DNA of 64,000 nt from Candidatus Omnitrophota bacterium (GCA_018400015.1 JAGYNB010000004.1:7186-71185), one strand, 5' to 3'. Shown: positions 8,959 to 19,938, counted from the stretch's first letter. Made by a program: numbers and translations. Notes: generated by a model from the letters alone, not told the origin.

Positions 8959-10065
8959 ATGTTAAATCTAAAAATAAAATATTTAATAATTGTATTTTTT
9001 ATAGTTCTGAACTTATTTTCTCCTATAGTGTACTCAAAAGAGATAATTGGAAACAATGAGGCTCTATTTTACAATAAACTAGATGATAAACAGCTGCAGT
9101 GTCAACTTTGTCCCAGACAATGTATTATTGCAAATAATAAAACAGGTTTTTGCGGAACAAGAAAAAATGTTAATGGTAAGCTTGTTTCACTTACCTATGG
9201 TAATTTGGTATCTTTTAACAGCTGGGATCCTATTGAGAAAAAGCCTTTATTCCATTTTATGAGTGGAGAGAAAGTTTTTTCAATTGCTACTGCCGGGTGC
9301 AATTTGAAGTGTAAGTTTTGCCAGAATTGGCAAATTTCTCATGCCTTGCCAAATCAGATAGATGCAAAACATTTTTCCCCTGATGAACTTGTAAGATTAG
9401 TTAAGGAAAATAAATGCAAAATAATTGCATATACTTATAATGAGCCAACGGTTTTTTATGAATTTATGCTTGATACGGCAAAGTCGGCACATGAACAGGG
9501 CATAAAAAACATTATGCATTCTTCAGGCTACATTAATGAAGAACCGCTTCGCGAGCTTGCAAAATATATTGATGCAGTCAATATTGATCTTAAGGGTTTT
9601 AGCGATGAGTTTTATAAAAAGATCTGCAATGGTACTCTTAAGCCAGTTCTTAAGACTTTAAAGATTTTAAAAGATGAAGGCGTGCATATAGAAATTACAA
9701 ACCTTATAATACCTTTATTTAATGACGATTTGGAAAAAATTAAGCAGATGTGTGTGTGGATAAAGGATAATTTAGGAGCTGACATTCCAATACATTTTTC
9801 TCGTTTCTTTCCTTGTTTTAAGCTTGATATGCTTTCGCCTACACCGGTTGATACATTAGTTAAAGCACGTACAATTGCCCTTGACTGTGGTCTTAAATAT
9901 GTTTATATTGGGAATATCGATAAATCATTGAGCGATTATGAAGATACATATTGTCCGAAATGTAAAAAGAAATTGATCGATCGGTCAGGTTATTTTATTA
10001 AGGAAAACAACCTAGAAAACGGAAGGTGTAAGTTTTGTAAGGAAAAAATATATGGACATTGGTAA
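8959..10065 (+). CDS. amrS: AmmeMemoRadiSam system radical SAM enzyme with N-terminal hydrophobic signal
   Basis: CQLCPRQC...GFCGTR, DPIEKKPLFHF, CNLKCKFCQNWQIS (CxxxCxxC), AYTYNEP, C-terminal CPKC...CKFC. Confidence 0.92.
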   Translation: MLNLKIKYLIIVFFIVLNLFSPIVYSKEIIGNNEALFYNKLDDKQLQCQLCPRQCIIANNKTGFCGTRKNVNGKLVSLTYGNLVSFNSWDPIEKKPLFHFMSGEKVFSIATAGCNLKCKFCQNWQISHALPNQIDAKHFSPDELVRLVKENKCKIIAYTYNEPTVFYEFMLDTAKSAHEQGIKNIMHSSGYINEEPLRELAKYIDAVNIDLKGFSDEFYKKICNGTLKPVLKTLKILKDEGVHIEITNLIIPLFNDDLEKIKQMCVWIKDNLGADIPIHFSRFFPCFKLDMLSPTPVDTLVKARTIALDCGLKYVYIGNIDKSLSDYEDTYCPKCKKKLIDRSGYFIKENNLENGRCKFCKEKIYGHW

Positions 10066-11527
10066 GATAAAAAAATCAATCATAGTAATTGGTATAGCCT
10101 CTTTTATAAGTTTTTATTGTGTTTATGCTTCAGATATAAAGAAGGCTGATTGCGCAGGTAAGTTTTACCCAAATAATCCTAAGCGGCTTAGCTCGATGAT
10201 TGAATCTGAACTTAAGCAGGCTGAGAAATTTGCGTTAGGAGAAAGAATTTATGCTTTGATCGGTCCTCATGCTGCCTATCAGTGTTCCGCTGGAGTGGCT
10301 GCGTCAGGGTTCAAACAACTTGAAAAAGAAAAAATAGATACTGTAATTTTATTAGGCCCAAGCCATCATTTTGGTTTTAATGGTATTGCTTTAGCAAGTT
10401 GGGATTCATTTGATGCTGTATTAGGTCAGTTTGAAGTAGATCTCAAGTTAAAAAGCAAATTGGTGCAGAATTTAAACTTTGTACAAGAAAATGATAGCGC
10501 TTTCAATAACGAACATTGTCTTGAAGTACAGCTACCTTTTTTAAAGACAGTTTTAGGTAACGTTAAGATTTTACCTGTTTTAACAGGCGATTTAAACACT
10601 CCTCAAATAAAAGAATTAGCATCTTTATTAAAAGATATAGTGTTGCGTAATAATATTTTGGTTATTGCCTCAAGTGATCTTTCGCATTATCATGATTACC
10701 AGCGTTGTAATTCGATTGATAGAAATACGTTATCAATTATTACCTCTTTAGATGTCGATAAGCTGCATAAAGGAGTCATTGATAAAACTGTACAGCTATG
10801 CGGTTATGCCTCAGTAGCTGTAGTTATGGAAATGGCTAAACAGCTTAATTTGAGATCAAAAGTATTAGAATATTCAAATTCTGGAGAAACATGTTCTAAC
10901 AAAAAACAAGTTGTTGGATATTCATCTATCGCTTTCTTTTATGATTCCAATTCTAAGGAGGCAAACATGCTTGAAGTTTTTCAGAAGAAAAGGCTTTTGG
11001 ATATTACCCGGAAAACATTAGGTGAGTTTTTAAAAACCGGCAGTTTAATTGCCCTTGATGACACTGACCCGGCTTTGTTGGCTGAAAAGGGTGCTTTTGT
11101 TACATTACGAAAGAATGGTAAATTACGTGGTTGTATCGGCAATATTTATCCAAAAGGAGCATTAAATAAAACCGTTCAAGGTATGGTTGTATCTGCAGCT
11201 ACGCAGGATCCTAGATTCAGCCCAGTGGAAGAGTCAGAATTAGGCCAGATTGAAATCGAGATTTCAGTTTTAAGCGTACCTAAAAGGGTAAATTCAGCTG
11301 ATGATATAGTATTAGGTAAACATGGTGTTATTGTTGAAAAAGGCTTTAATAAGGGGGTATTCTTACCGCAAGTGGCAGAAGAGACGGGTTGGAATAAAGA
11401 CGAGTTCTTAGGATATTTATGCGAGCATAAAGCCGGACTTAAAAAAGACGCCTGGAAAGACCCTTCAGTGAAGTTGTTTATTTTTGAAGCTGTTGTATTT
11501 TCGGAAAGAGACTATGATAATGATTGA
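10052..11527 (+). CDS. amrB: Fused AmmeMemoRadiSam protein B (Memo) + protein A (AMMECR1) with N-terminal signal
   Basis: Memo motifs AGKFYP, PHA, GPSHH, EHCLEVQLPFL, SSDLSHY; AMMECR1 motifs GAFVTL...LRGCIG, DPRF, GVFLPQVA. Confidence 0.92.
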   Translation: MDIGKIKKSIIVIGIASFISFYCVYASDIKKADCAGKFYPNNPKRLSSMIESELKQAEKFALGERIYALIGPHAAYQCSAGVAASGFKQLEKEKIDTVILLGPSHHFGFNGIALASWDSFDAVLGQFEVDLKLKSKLVQNLNFVQENDSAFNNEHCLEVQLPFLKTVLGNVKILPVLTGDLNTPQIKELASLLKDIVLRNNILVIASSDLSHYHDYQRCNSIDRNTLSIITSLDVDKLHKGVIDKTVQLCGYASVAVVMEMAKQLNLRSKVLEYSNSGETCSNKKQVVGYSSIAFFYDSNSKEANMLEVFQKKRLLDITRKTLGEFLKTGSLIALDDTDPALLAEKGAFVTLRKNGKLRGCIGNIYPKGALNKTVQGMVVSAATQDPRFSPVEESELGQIEIEISVLSVPKRVNSADDIVLGKHGVIVEKGFNKGVFLPQVAEETGWNKDEFLGYLCEHKAGLKKDAWKDPSVKLFIFEAVVFSERDYDND

Positions 11528-12176
11528 TGTAATAATGCTACTTTTCTTAAATGGAGTTTTTTTTGGTTCTGTTCTTTGTGTAGCAAGCTGCGGTCCGTTA
11601 GTTTTAAGTTATATTACTGCTTCAAAGCGCAGTTCTCGTGAGTCATTTAAGGTTTGGGCATTGTTTTCTCTAGGAAGAATAATAATCACTACGATTTTAG
11701 GTATGGTTGCAGGATTATTCGGTCAGTTTGTTATACAGAAGTTTTATTCGGGAATAGTCATAGACATTATTTTCATTCTTGCAGGACTCTTTATTCTTGT
11801 TATGGGGTTAATTATGTTATTTGAGGAGAAACTACGTTTCGATATCTGTAAGAAATTTCATAGTCACTTTATAAATACCCATAGGAAAGCTTCTTTATCT
11901 ATGGGTATTATTGTTGGGATGTTGCCGTGCGCTCCTTTATTAGGAATACTTCTTTATATCGCTTTAGTTTCCAAAAATTTTATTCAAGGCGGAGTGTATG
12001 CATTTAGTTTTAGTCTTGGTACATTTTTTTCGCCGTTAATGTTACTGGTAGTTTTAGCCGGAGCCTTACCTAAAATAATGGCCAAAAAGCCCAAAACATA
12101 CCTGATCTTTAGACGTATCTGCGGTATTATCATCTGTTATCTTGGCATAAATTTGATTACTTCAATTCTGCGTTAA
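11514..12176 (+). CDS. DsbD_2/CcdA-like six-TM membrane protein
   Basis: About six TM helices with CVASCGP and GMLPCAP Cys motifs; start probably ATG 11514 or 11520. Confidence 0.7.
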   Translation: MIMIDVIMLLFLNGVFFGSVLCVASCGPLVLSYITASKRSSRESFKVWALFSLGRIIITTILGMVAGLFGQFVIQKFYSGIVIDIIFILAGLFILVMGLIMLFEEKLRFDICKKFHSHFINTHRKASLSMGIIVGMLPCAPLLGILLYIALVSKNFIQGGVYAFSFSLGTFFSPLMLLVVLAGALPKIMAKKPKTYLIFRRICGIIICYLGINLITSILR

Positions 12177-12180
12177 CAAT

Positions 12181-12912
12181 ATGAGAAGATTTTTTTGTTT
12201 TAGTAAGAATATTTATAATAACCAGATTATCATTGATGATGCGGCAGAGTTGCACCATATTAAAAACGTATCAAGACTTAAAGTAAACGATAGTTTGTGT
12301 ATATTTGATGAATCTGGAAGAGAATATCAGTGTTCTATAGATTCTTTTACTAATGATTCTGTCAGGCTTAAGATAATCAAGCAGTTGAAAAAAGATAAAT
12401 CTCCTCATGTTGATTTGTCGGTGGCTTGTGCAATTGCAAAGGGTAAGAGATTTGATAATGTGTTAGAAAAGCTTACAGAACTTGGGGTAACAAGAATAAT
12501 CCCTGTTAAGACTAAAAGAACAATTCCCCAAATTGATTTAAAAGCACAGAAGAAGAATTCGCGCTGGATGAAAGTTATTTTAGCAGCTTGTAAACAATCA
12601 TTTAGAATAGATATTCCTGAACTTACAGCTGTCAAAGCATTAAAAGATGTTTGTAGTTTAAAAGGCGATTTCGACTTAAAATTAATTGCTTTTAAGCGTG
12701 AGGGCAGTGTTCCCATATTAAAGGTTTTGGAGGGTAATTCTTTTAGTAGTGTGGTTGTGCTTATCGGACCAGAGGGAGATTTTACAGAAAGCGAAGTTAC
12801 TCAAGCTGAACAACACGGTTTTATCCCTGTTAGTTTAGGAAATAATATCTTACGGGTAGATACTGCTTCAATTTATGCTTCGAGCGTTATTATCAGTTAT
12901 GCCAACAGTTAA
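12181..12912 (+). CDS. rsmE: 16S rRNA m3U1498 methyltransferase RsmE
   Basis: HHIKNVSRL, EKLTELGV, LIGPEGDFT, LGNNILRVDTA. Confidence 0.93.
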   Translation: MRRFFCFSKNIYNNQIIIDDAAELHHIKNVSRLKVNDSLCIFDESGREYQCSIDSFTNDSVRLKIIKQLKKDKSPHVDLSVACAIAKGKRFDNVLEKLTELGVTRIIPVKTKRTIPQIDLKAQKKNSRWMKVILAACKQSFRIDIPELTAVKALKDVCSLKGDFDLKLIAFKREGSVPILKVLEGNSFSSVVVLIGPEGDFTESEVTQAEQHGFIPVSLGNNILRVDTASIYASSVIISYANS

Positions 12913-14152
12913 ATTCCATACATTCGGTTGTAAGGTTAATCAATATGAAACCCAGTTGATGCGTGAAATGTTGTATTCTGCTGGGATAAGAGAAGTGGAT
13001 TGCGATCAACCTGATATAGTTGTTATTAATGGCTGCAGCGTTACTGCAAGAGCACATCGGGATTCAGTATCAATAATTAAGAAAACATTAAAGTTTAATC
13101 CTATTGCGAAGATTATTGCTTGCGGATGTTTTGTGGAATTTGATTCGTCTGCTATTAAAAACCTTAATGATGAGATCATATTAATAAAAAATAACCAAAA
13201 ACAACAGATACTTTCTTATTTAAATATAAAGAATATCTTCTTAAAGAAATATATTACAAATTTCTTTGGCCATTCAAGGGCATTTGTTAAGGTTCAGGAT
13301 GGTTGCAACAATTTTTGCAGTTATTGTATTGTTCCTTATTTAAGAGGAAGATCTCGCAGCAGAAATATTAAATCAATTTTAAAAGAGATAGAATCAATTT
13401 CCGGTAACGGATATAATGAAATAGTCCTGACAGGGATTTGTTTAGGGGAGTACGGTAAAGATTTTAAACAAAAAAAAGATTTAAGTTTTCTGTTAAGAGA
13501 AATCCTTAAGATAAAATCTGATTTTCGCATAAGGTTAAGTTCCATTGAGTTTCATAACATCACAAAAGAGTTGGTAAGCCTTATCAATTCTTCTGATAGG
13601 ATCTGTCGACATTTACATATACCTCTTCAAAGTGGTGATGATAAGATCTTAAAAAGTATGAATAGACATTACAGAGTAAAAGATTTTTTGCTCAAGATAG
13701 ATGAAATAAGGCTTAAGATCCCTGATATTGCAATTTCGACAGATATCATTGTAGGTTTTCCAAATGAAGATGATAAAAGTTTTCTCAATTGCGTCCGCAC
13801 TGTAAGACGATTGCGGCCAATGAGAATGCATATTTTTACTTATAGCAAAAGACCGCTAACAGAGGCGGGGAGAATTAATACTAATTTATCTAATGGAATG
13901 CAGATTAAACAAAGAAAGCTAGAGTTAGCGCAATTAGCGGATGATTTAGCAATTGATTACTATAACTCTTTTCTGGGTAAGAAGTTAGAAGTATTGGTTG
14001 AGTCTAGGAATAAATCTGGCTATTATACAGGATATACAGGTAATTATATATATACTAATTTTAAAAGCAAGTTAATTAAGAAAGGATTATTGCAACCTGT
14101 TGTTTTAGAGAGAGTTACGCAAAAGTCAACCTTCTCAAAGCCGATATGTTAA
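12899..14152 (+). CDS. mtaB: tRNA t6A37 methylthiotransferase MtaB
   Basis: TFGCKVNQYET, INGCSVT, RAFVKVQDGCNNFCSYC, HLHIPLQSG; start set at ATG 12899. Confidence 0.9.
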   Translation: MPTVKFHTFGCKVNQYETQLMREMLYSAGIREVDCDQPDIVVINGCSVTARAHRDSVSIIKKTLKFNPIAKIIACGCFVEFDSSAIKNLNDEIILIKNNQKQQILSYLNIKNIFLKKYITNFFGHSRAFVKVQDGCNNFCSYCIVPYLRGRSRSRNIKSILKEIESISGNGYNEIVLTGICLGEYGKDFKQKKDLSFLLREILKIKSDFRIRLSSIEFHNITKELVSLINSSDRICRHLHIPLQSGDDKILKSMNRHYRVKDFLLKIDEIRLKIPDIAISTDIIVGFPNEDDKSFLNCVRTVRRLRPMRMHIFTYSKRPLTEAGRINTNLSNGMQIKQRKLELAQLADDLAIDYYNSFLGKKLEVLVESRNKSGYYTGYTGNYIYTNFKSKLIKKGLLQPVVLERVTQKSTFSKPIC

Positions 14153-14169
14153 TTTAATAGTGCCTGCCC

Positions 14170-14198
14170 TTGAAATTCCCTGTATAATATGTTATACT
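14170..14198 (+). promoter_or_regulatory. Sigma70 promoter upstream of cvpA-nif3-dnaG-rpoD
   Basis: TTGAAA-17 nt-TATACT with a TG extended -10. Confidence 0.55.
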
Positions 14199-14223
14199 TA
14201 CTTAATTTACCCCCCCAATATAT

Positions 14224-14790
14224 ATGATAAAAGAAATAATTTCAAAGCTAAACTGGGTTGACATCTGTATAATTGTGCTTTTTATAAGGCTTATTTACAT
14301 TGGTGCAAAAACTGGTTTTCCCACAGAGTTTTTTAAGTTTATCGGTTTGGTTTTTGGTAGCATAATTGCGTTTCATTATTATGCAAATATAGCAGCTTGG
14401 GTTAATATTAAGGTTAACTTGCCTAAAATGCCGGTTGAGTTTGTCAGTTATCTTGTAGTTTTAATCGTGTCCTTGGTATTGTTTGTTTTAATCAGAAATT
14501 TAATCTTAAGATTGATTCATATTGAGGCAGTTTCAACTGTTAATAGATGGGGCGGTTTTTTATTAAGTGTTTTAAGGGCAGGATTTCTTTGTTCGGCGAT
14601 AATTATCGGCATGCTTATTACCAATAACGGTTATCTTAAGAAAAGCATAGAAACCTCTTTTTTTAGTAAGAAAGTAGTAATGCTTGGTCCAAATGTTTAC
14701 AGGTTGACTTGGAATATGATTTTTAGTAAATTTTTGCCAAAAGGCAATTTAAATAATCAGCTTTTTGATTTGACAAAAGGAGAAAAATGA
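14224..14790 (+). CDS. cvpA: CvpA family membrane protein
   Basis: NWVDICII...GAKTGFPTEFF; NRWGGFLLSVLRA; four TM. Confidence 0.85.
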   Translation: MIKEIISKLNWVDICIIVLFIRLIYIGAKTGFPTEFFKFIGLVFGSIIAFHYYANIAAWVNIKVNLPKMPVEFVSYLVVLIVSLVLFVLIRNLILRLIHIEAVSTVNRWGGFLLSVLRAGFLCSAIIIGMLITNNGYLKKSIETSFFSKKVVMLGPNVYRLTWNMIFSKFLPKGNLNNQLFDLTKGEK

Positions 14791-15740
14791 AATTAAAGCA
14801 GATATATGAATCGGCTGTTAAAATAGGTATAAAAAACGATCCCCGGGGGCTTAAGGCTGTTAAGGATAAGCTTAAAGAAAATAGGAAGCGTTTTCATAGT
14901 TTGAACAAGAATCAAAAAAAGTTTTTTGATAAAAATGAGTTAACCAACCCTTATGCAGATACACGAATTTTAAACGGCAGTACAGAGTTAAATGTTAAAA
15001 ATGTGATGGTTGGCATAGATATTGATGTTTCCGAAGTTCTTTTATTTGATCGTTTAAGAGAAGATAAGAAACTGGATTTATTGATTTCACATCATCCTGA
15101 AGGTTTTGCTTTGGCAGGATTATATGATGTGATGGGTATGCATAAAGGAATTCTTTCCAGAAAAGGGTTGGATCCTGAATTGACAAAAAATCTTTTACAG
15201 GAAAGAATTGACTTGGTTCAGCGCAGGCTTTTGCCCGGTAATCATGAGAAAACAATTGATTCAGCAAAATTATTGGATGTTGCTTTGATGTCAGCTCATA
15301 CCGTTGCTGATAATTGTGTAGCTACTTTTTTGCAGAGTTTATTTGATAAAAAGAAACCGAAAACACTTAAAGATTTATTGAATGTTTTGTTTTCAATAAA
15401 GGAATATCGGCTGGCAGCAGCAAAGAAGACCGGTCCTTCAATCATCTCCGGAAAAGAAAAAGATTCATGTTCTAAAGTGTTTGTTGATATGACCGGAGGC
15501 ACTGAAGGTTCAAAAGATATATTCGGTCGTCTTTCTCAAGCAGGTATAAGAACATTGGTTTGTATGCATTTAAGCGAAGATCACTTAAAAGAAGCAAAGA
15601 AACAAAGTCTTAATGTTGTTATTGCAGGACATATTTCTTCAGATACTCTCGGATTAAACCTTCTTTTTGATGAAATTGAAAAGAAACAAAAGCTGAATTT
15701 TGTTTGCTGTTCGGGGTTTGAAAGAATAAGACATAGATGA
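14787..15740 (+). CDS. NIF3-like dinuclear metal centre protein
   Basis: NPYADTRIL, VGIDID, SHHPEG, HTVADN, AGHISSDTLG. Confidence 0.85.
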   Translation: MKLKQIYESAVKIGIKNDPRGLKAVKDKLKENRKRFHSLNKNQKKFFDKNELTNPYADTRILNGSTELNVKNVMVGIDIDVSEVLLFDRLREDKKLDLLISHHPEGFALAGLYDVMGMHKGILSRKGLDPELTKNLLQERIDLVQRRLLPGNHEKTIDSAKLLDVALMSAHTVADNCVATFLQSLFDKKKPKTLKDLLNVLFSIKEYRLAAAKKTGPSIISGKEKDSCSKVFVDMTGGTEGSKDIFGRLSQAGIRTLVCMHLSEDHLKEAKKQSLNVVIAGHISSDTLGLNLLFDEIEKKQKLNFVCCSGFERIRHR

Positions 15741-17491
15741 ATAATATCTCAGAAAACACCTTAGATGATATCTTAAGCAAGATAGATATAGTTCAGTTGA
15801 TTTCAGGATATTTGCCGCTTAAGCGCGCCGGTAGGAATTTTAGGGCTAATTGTCCGTTTCATGCTGAAAAAACTCCTTCTTTTATGGTTAGTCCTGAACG
15901 TCAGATTTATCATTGTTTTGGTTGCGGTGCAGGCGGCAACGCGATTAGTTTTTTAATGAAGCATGAAAGAATGACTTTTCCTGATGCTGTGGAGACATTA
16001 GCGCGGATGGCCGGTGTAACAATGCCGCGTAGTAAAGATTATTCAAAATCAGACAATATCAAGACTAAGCTTTATCGTGTGAATGAAATTGCAGCCGATT
16101 ACTTTCATGAAAGATTGGTAAATCCTACAGGAAGAGAAAAGCTGTCAATCGATTATCTTAAAAAAAGAAATATTTCTGATTCTATCATAAAGAGGTTTAG
16201 GTTGGGGTATTCTCCCGAAAATTGGGATTCTTTGGTTAAATATTTATCAGCTAAAGGCGTTCCGATTTCTTTAATAGAGAAATCTGGTCTTGCTATTTCA
16301 AAATCTACAGGCGGTTATTATGATCGGTTTCGTAGCCGGGTTATGATTCCTATTGCTGATATACGTTCACGTATTGTCGGATTCGGTGCAAGGGTATTAG
16401 ATAATAGTTTACCAAAGTATATAAATTCTCCTGAGAGTCCTATTTACACTAAAGGTGAACATCTTTATGGTTTGGATATTGCAAAGCAGGCTATTAAAGA
16501 GCAAGATCAGGCTTTGGTGGTCGAAGGTTATATGGATTTTCTTGCTTGTTATAGCGTCGGCATTGAGAATGTTGTTGCATCTTTAGGCACAGCGTTAACT
16601 ATTTCTCAAATAAGATTATTAAGAAGATTTTCTAATAATATTGTTGTTATATTTGATTCAGACGAAGCCGGTGAGATGGCAAGTATGCGTAGCCTTGATT
16701 TGTTTATCGAGCAGGATATACCCGCAAGAGTTGTTAATTTGGATAAAGGCTTCGACCCAGATACTTTTATAAAAGATAAAGGTATTGTTGAATTTAAGAA
16801 TAGAGTTGATTCTGCTTTAACCATTTATGATTTTAAATTAGGTGTTTTACGCAAGAACTTTAATGAAAGAGATGTACACATAAAGGCAAAAATAGCCAAT
16901 GAAATGCTTTTATCAATTGCTAAGTTTCAAGATAATATCTTAAAATCAGAATATATCAGAAAATTATCGGAAGACCTCGATTTAAAAGAGGATGTTCTTT
17001 TAACAGAGTTAAAGAAAATTCAAAATAAACAAAAGGGTCTAAAATTCGAATTTAGTTCTTCTGATTCCGGCGTTGATCCAAAAGAGTTTTTGATATTAAA
17101 ATTAATTCTTTCCGATGAAGAACTTATAAATAAATATGTTGGATTGCTTCGTGATTGTAAACTTAGCGATAATAGAATTATCAGGGTTATCGATAAGATT
17201 TACACGTTTGTTGAAAATGGTAAGAAATTTAGTATAAATATGTTATTGAATTGTTTTATTGAAGATACAGCTTCGGAGATTATCTGTAAGGCTGTCTCTG
17301 ATAATAGTGATATTCCTGAAGACAAAGAAAAGGTTTTAGTCAGTTGTATTGAAAGGATTAAAATAGATAATATAAGATTAAGACGGCAAGAGTTGGAAGA
17401 ACGCATCCGTAATGCCGAGAGAACAAAAAATAGGCAAGAATTAGATTCTCTTTTGCAGGAATTCTTAATCTTAACAAAAAAGGATGGATAA
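15737..17491 (+). CDS. dnaG: DNA primase
   Basis: CPFH...CFGC zinc finger, KYINSPE, VEGYMD, FDSDEAG TOPRIM motifs. Confidence 0.97.
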   Translation: MNNISENTLDDILSKIDIVQLISGYLPLKRAGRNFRANCPFHAEKTPSFMVSPERQIYHCFGCGAGGNAISFLMKHERMTFPDAVETLARMAGVTMPRSKDYSKSDNIKTKLYRVNEIAADYFHERLVNPTGREKLSIDYLKKRNISDSIIKRFRLGYSPENWDSLVKYLSAKGVPISLIEKSGLAISKSTGGYYDRFRSRVMIPIADIRSRIVGFGARVLDNSLPKYINSPESPIYTKGEHLYGLDIAKQAIKEQDQALVVEGYMDFLACYSVGIENVVASLGTALTISQIRLLRRFSNNIVVIFDSDEAGEMASMRSLDLFIEQDIPARVVNLDKGFDPDTFIKDKGIVEFKNRVDSALTIYDFKLGVLRKNFNERDVHIKAKIANEMLLSIAKFQDNILKSEYIRKLSEDLDLKEDVLLTELKKIQNKQKGLKFEFSSSDSGVDPKEFLILKLILSDEELINKYVGLLRDCKLSDNRIIRVIDKIYTFVENGKKFSINMLLNCFIEDTASEIICKAVSDNSDIPEDKEKVLVSCIERIKIDNIRLRRQELEERIRNAERTKNRQELDSLLQEFLILTKKDG

Positions 17492-19044
17492 TGGAAAAAC
17501 AGAATGTAAAAAAAGATGTTGAAAAGCTTATTATCGTTGGTAAACAAAAAGGCTATGTTACATATGATGAGTTGAATAATTTACTTCCTAGCGATATAAG
17601 TTCTTCAGATGATATTGATAATGTTTTTGATATTTTAGTTGATGAGGATATTGATGTTATCGATGTTTCAGAGGTTAAATCGCGTGAGGTGGAATTTTCA
17701 AAAGTTAATTCTGATGAAGAAGATGAAGAATCAATCTTAAAAATCGAAGATAAATTTTTGCCTTTGGACGATCCTGTGAAGATGTATCTTAAACAGATGG
17801 GTTCGATCTCTCTTTTGACCAGGGAACAGGAAATTGATTTGGCAAAAAAGATCGAATATTCCGAGTTTAGATTAAGAGATGCGGTATTATCTGTTCCTTT
17901 CGCCAGAGATGAGGTATTGGATATCGCTAAACGTATTGCCGACGGAACAGATAACATAGAAGAAATTGTTAAAGACGATTTGAAGGTTAATAAAGATTTT
18001 ATAGTTCGTAAAGTTAAGAAATTAACCAACAGGTTAAAAAAGACCCGGAGAAAATCTAATAATCAGAAAATTCTTTCTGAATTTAATTTTACTGTATCTG
18101 TTGTTGAAGATATATCTTTAAGGTTCTGTAAAATGATGAAAGAGTGCGATAGTTTTACAAGGCAGATTAATAAGTGCACTAAAAGAAAAGCTTCTTTAAA
18201 GAAGAAAAAAGAGCTAACTACTAAGAAAAGAAAGATTTTAAAAGTTCTTGGGTTGGATTACGATAAGGCTAAGGAAAGATTAAAGATTATAAAGGTGAGG
18301 CAGTCACGGTTTAACCGTTTTAAGAAAAAACTGGTAGAAGCTAACCTTAGGCTTGTAGTGAGCATTGCTAAAAAATATACAAATAGAGGTCTTTCGTTTC
18401 TGGATTTAATTCAGGAAGGTAACATTGGTCTGATGAGGGCTGTAGAAAAGTTTGAATACCAAAGAGGGTATAAGTTTTCTACATATGCGACCTGGTGGAT
18501 AAGACAGGCAATTACTCGTTCTATCGCCGATCAGGCTAGAACTATAAGGATTCCCGTGCACATGACGGAAACAATAAATAAGATTATCCGTGTAACAAGA
18601 ATATTCGTTCAGGAAAACGGACGTGAACCTTCTCCGGAAGAAGTAGCGCGTTTAATGAGGCTTCCACAGGATAAGGTAAAAAGTATTCTTAAAGTTGCGC
18701 AGGAACCCATATCTTTACAGACTCCTATTGGTGATGAAGGGGACACCCATTTCGGCGATTTTATAGAAGACAAAAAGGCGGTTTCGCCTGCAAATGCGAC
18801 AGCAGACTCAATGTTGCGTGAAGAAATAGACGGTGCATTGGAAAGTTTAAGTGATAGAGAAAAAAGAATACTTACTATGCGTTTTGGTATAACTGATGGT
18901 TGCGCCCACACTCTAGAAGAGGTTGGTAATGTTTTTAAAGTCACTCGTGAACGCGTGCGTCAGATTGAAGCTAAGGCATTAAGAAAATTGCGTCATCCCA
19001 CACGTTCAAGGGCATTGCAACAGTTTCTCGACCGTCAACTTTAA
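17491..19044 (+). CDS. rpoD: RNA polymerase primary sigma factor
   Basis: Region 1.1, [58 protein letters not shown]. Confidence 0.98.
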   Translation: MEKQNVKKDVEKLIIVGKQKGYVTYDELNNLLPSDISSSDDIDNVFDILVDEDIDVIDVSEVKSREVEFSKVNSDEEDEESILKIEDKFLPLDDPVKMYLKQMGSISLLTREQEIDLAKKIEYSEFRLRDAVLSVPFARDEVLDIAKRIADGTDNIEEIVKDDLKVNKDFIVRKVKKLTNRLKKTRRKSNNQKILSEFNFTVSVVEDISLRFCKMMKECDSFTRQINKCTKRKASLKKKKELTTKKRKILKVLGLDYDKAKERLKIIKVRQSRFNRFKKKLVEANLRLVVSIAKKYTNRGLSFLDLIQEGNIGLMRAVEKFEYQRGYKFSTYATWWIRQAITRSIADQARTIRIPVHMTETINKIIRVTRIFVQENGREPSPEEVARLMRLPQDKVKSILKVAQEPISLQTPIGDEGDTHFGDFIEDKKAVSPANATADSMLREEIDGALESLSDREKRILTMRFGITDGCAHTLEEVGNVFKVTRERVRQIEAKALRKLRHPTRSRALQQFLDRQL

Positions 19045-19049
19045 TATTC

Positions 19050-19799
19050 ATGTCAAAAAAAGCAATAATTATCGGAGCCAGCTCTGGCATTGGTGCGGAG
19101 CTCGCTAGGCAATTATCTTGTCTTGGGTATGAACTAGGCTTAGTTGCCAGAAGAACACAGCTTTTAAAGGATCTTCAGAAAACGCTTTCCACAAAATCAT
19201 TAATAAAAACAATCGATGTAAGATTAGTTGATGATGCTAAAAAACAACTTCAAGAACTCATCAGTGAAATGCAGCAGGTGGATTTGATCATTGTTAATTC
19301 CGGAATTTGGATAGCTAATCCTGATTTGGATCTTGATTTTGAAATAGAAACAATAAAAGTCAATGTGCTTGGCTTTGTATCTATGATAAATGTTGCTGTA
19401 AAATATTTTATTTCTATTGGAAGCGGTCATATTGTTGGGATATCTTCCATTGCCGGCTTAAGAGGAAGCGGACGTTCACCAAGTTATAACGCATCCAAAG
19501 CTTTTGTTTCCATTTATATGGCAGGGTTAAGGCAAAAATTAAGCACAAACAATATTGTTGTTACAGATATTAGGCCAGGTCTTGTTGATACTCCTATGGT
19601 AAAAGGGAGAAAGAATAACTTCTGGTTGCAGCCTGTTGAAAAGGCAGTCCATCAGATAATTAGCGCAATAAATAATAAAAGAAAAGTTGTTTATGTAACA
19701 AAAAGATGGGGTTTGATCGCTTTTTTATCAAAATTATTACCGGAAGCTTTATATAACTATATATATAATAAGCAGATAAGCAAATCTTTGAAAAGATAA
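19050..19799 (+). CDS. Short-chain dehydrogenase/reductase
   Basis: GASSGIG Rossmann motif, catalytic YNASK, PGLVDT. Confidence 0.9.
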   Translation: MSKKAIIIGASSGIGAELARQLSCLGYELGLVARRTQLLKDLQKTLSTKSLIKTIDVRLVDDAKKQLQELISEMQQVDLIIVNSGIWIANPDLDLDFEIETIKVNVLGFVSMINVAVKYFISIGSGHIVGISSIAGLRGSGRSPSYNASKAFVSIYMAGLRQKLSTNNIVVTDIRPGLVDTPMVKGRKNNFWLQPVEKAVHQIISAINNKRKVVYVTKRWGLIAFLSKLLPEALYNYIYNKQISKSLKR

Positions 19800-19876
19800 C
19801 AAACAAGATATTTTTATTCAAGAGTCTTAACTAACATTTCCGCAATAAGTTAAATCAATTCTTTAGTTTTTTTTAC

Positions 19877-19905
19877 TTGCCTTAAATATAAAAAATGTGT
19901 ATAAT
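19877..19905 (+). promoter_or_regulatory. Sigma70 promoter of the tRNA-Ile2/Val operon
   Basis: TTGCCT-17 nt-TATAAT with a TG extended -10. Confidence 0.65.
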
Positions 19906-19938
19906 TTAGTCTTTAGTAAGGGTTTTATAAATATTTTT

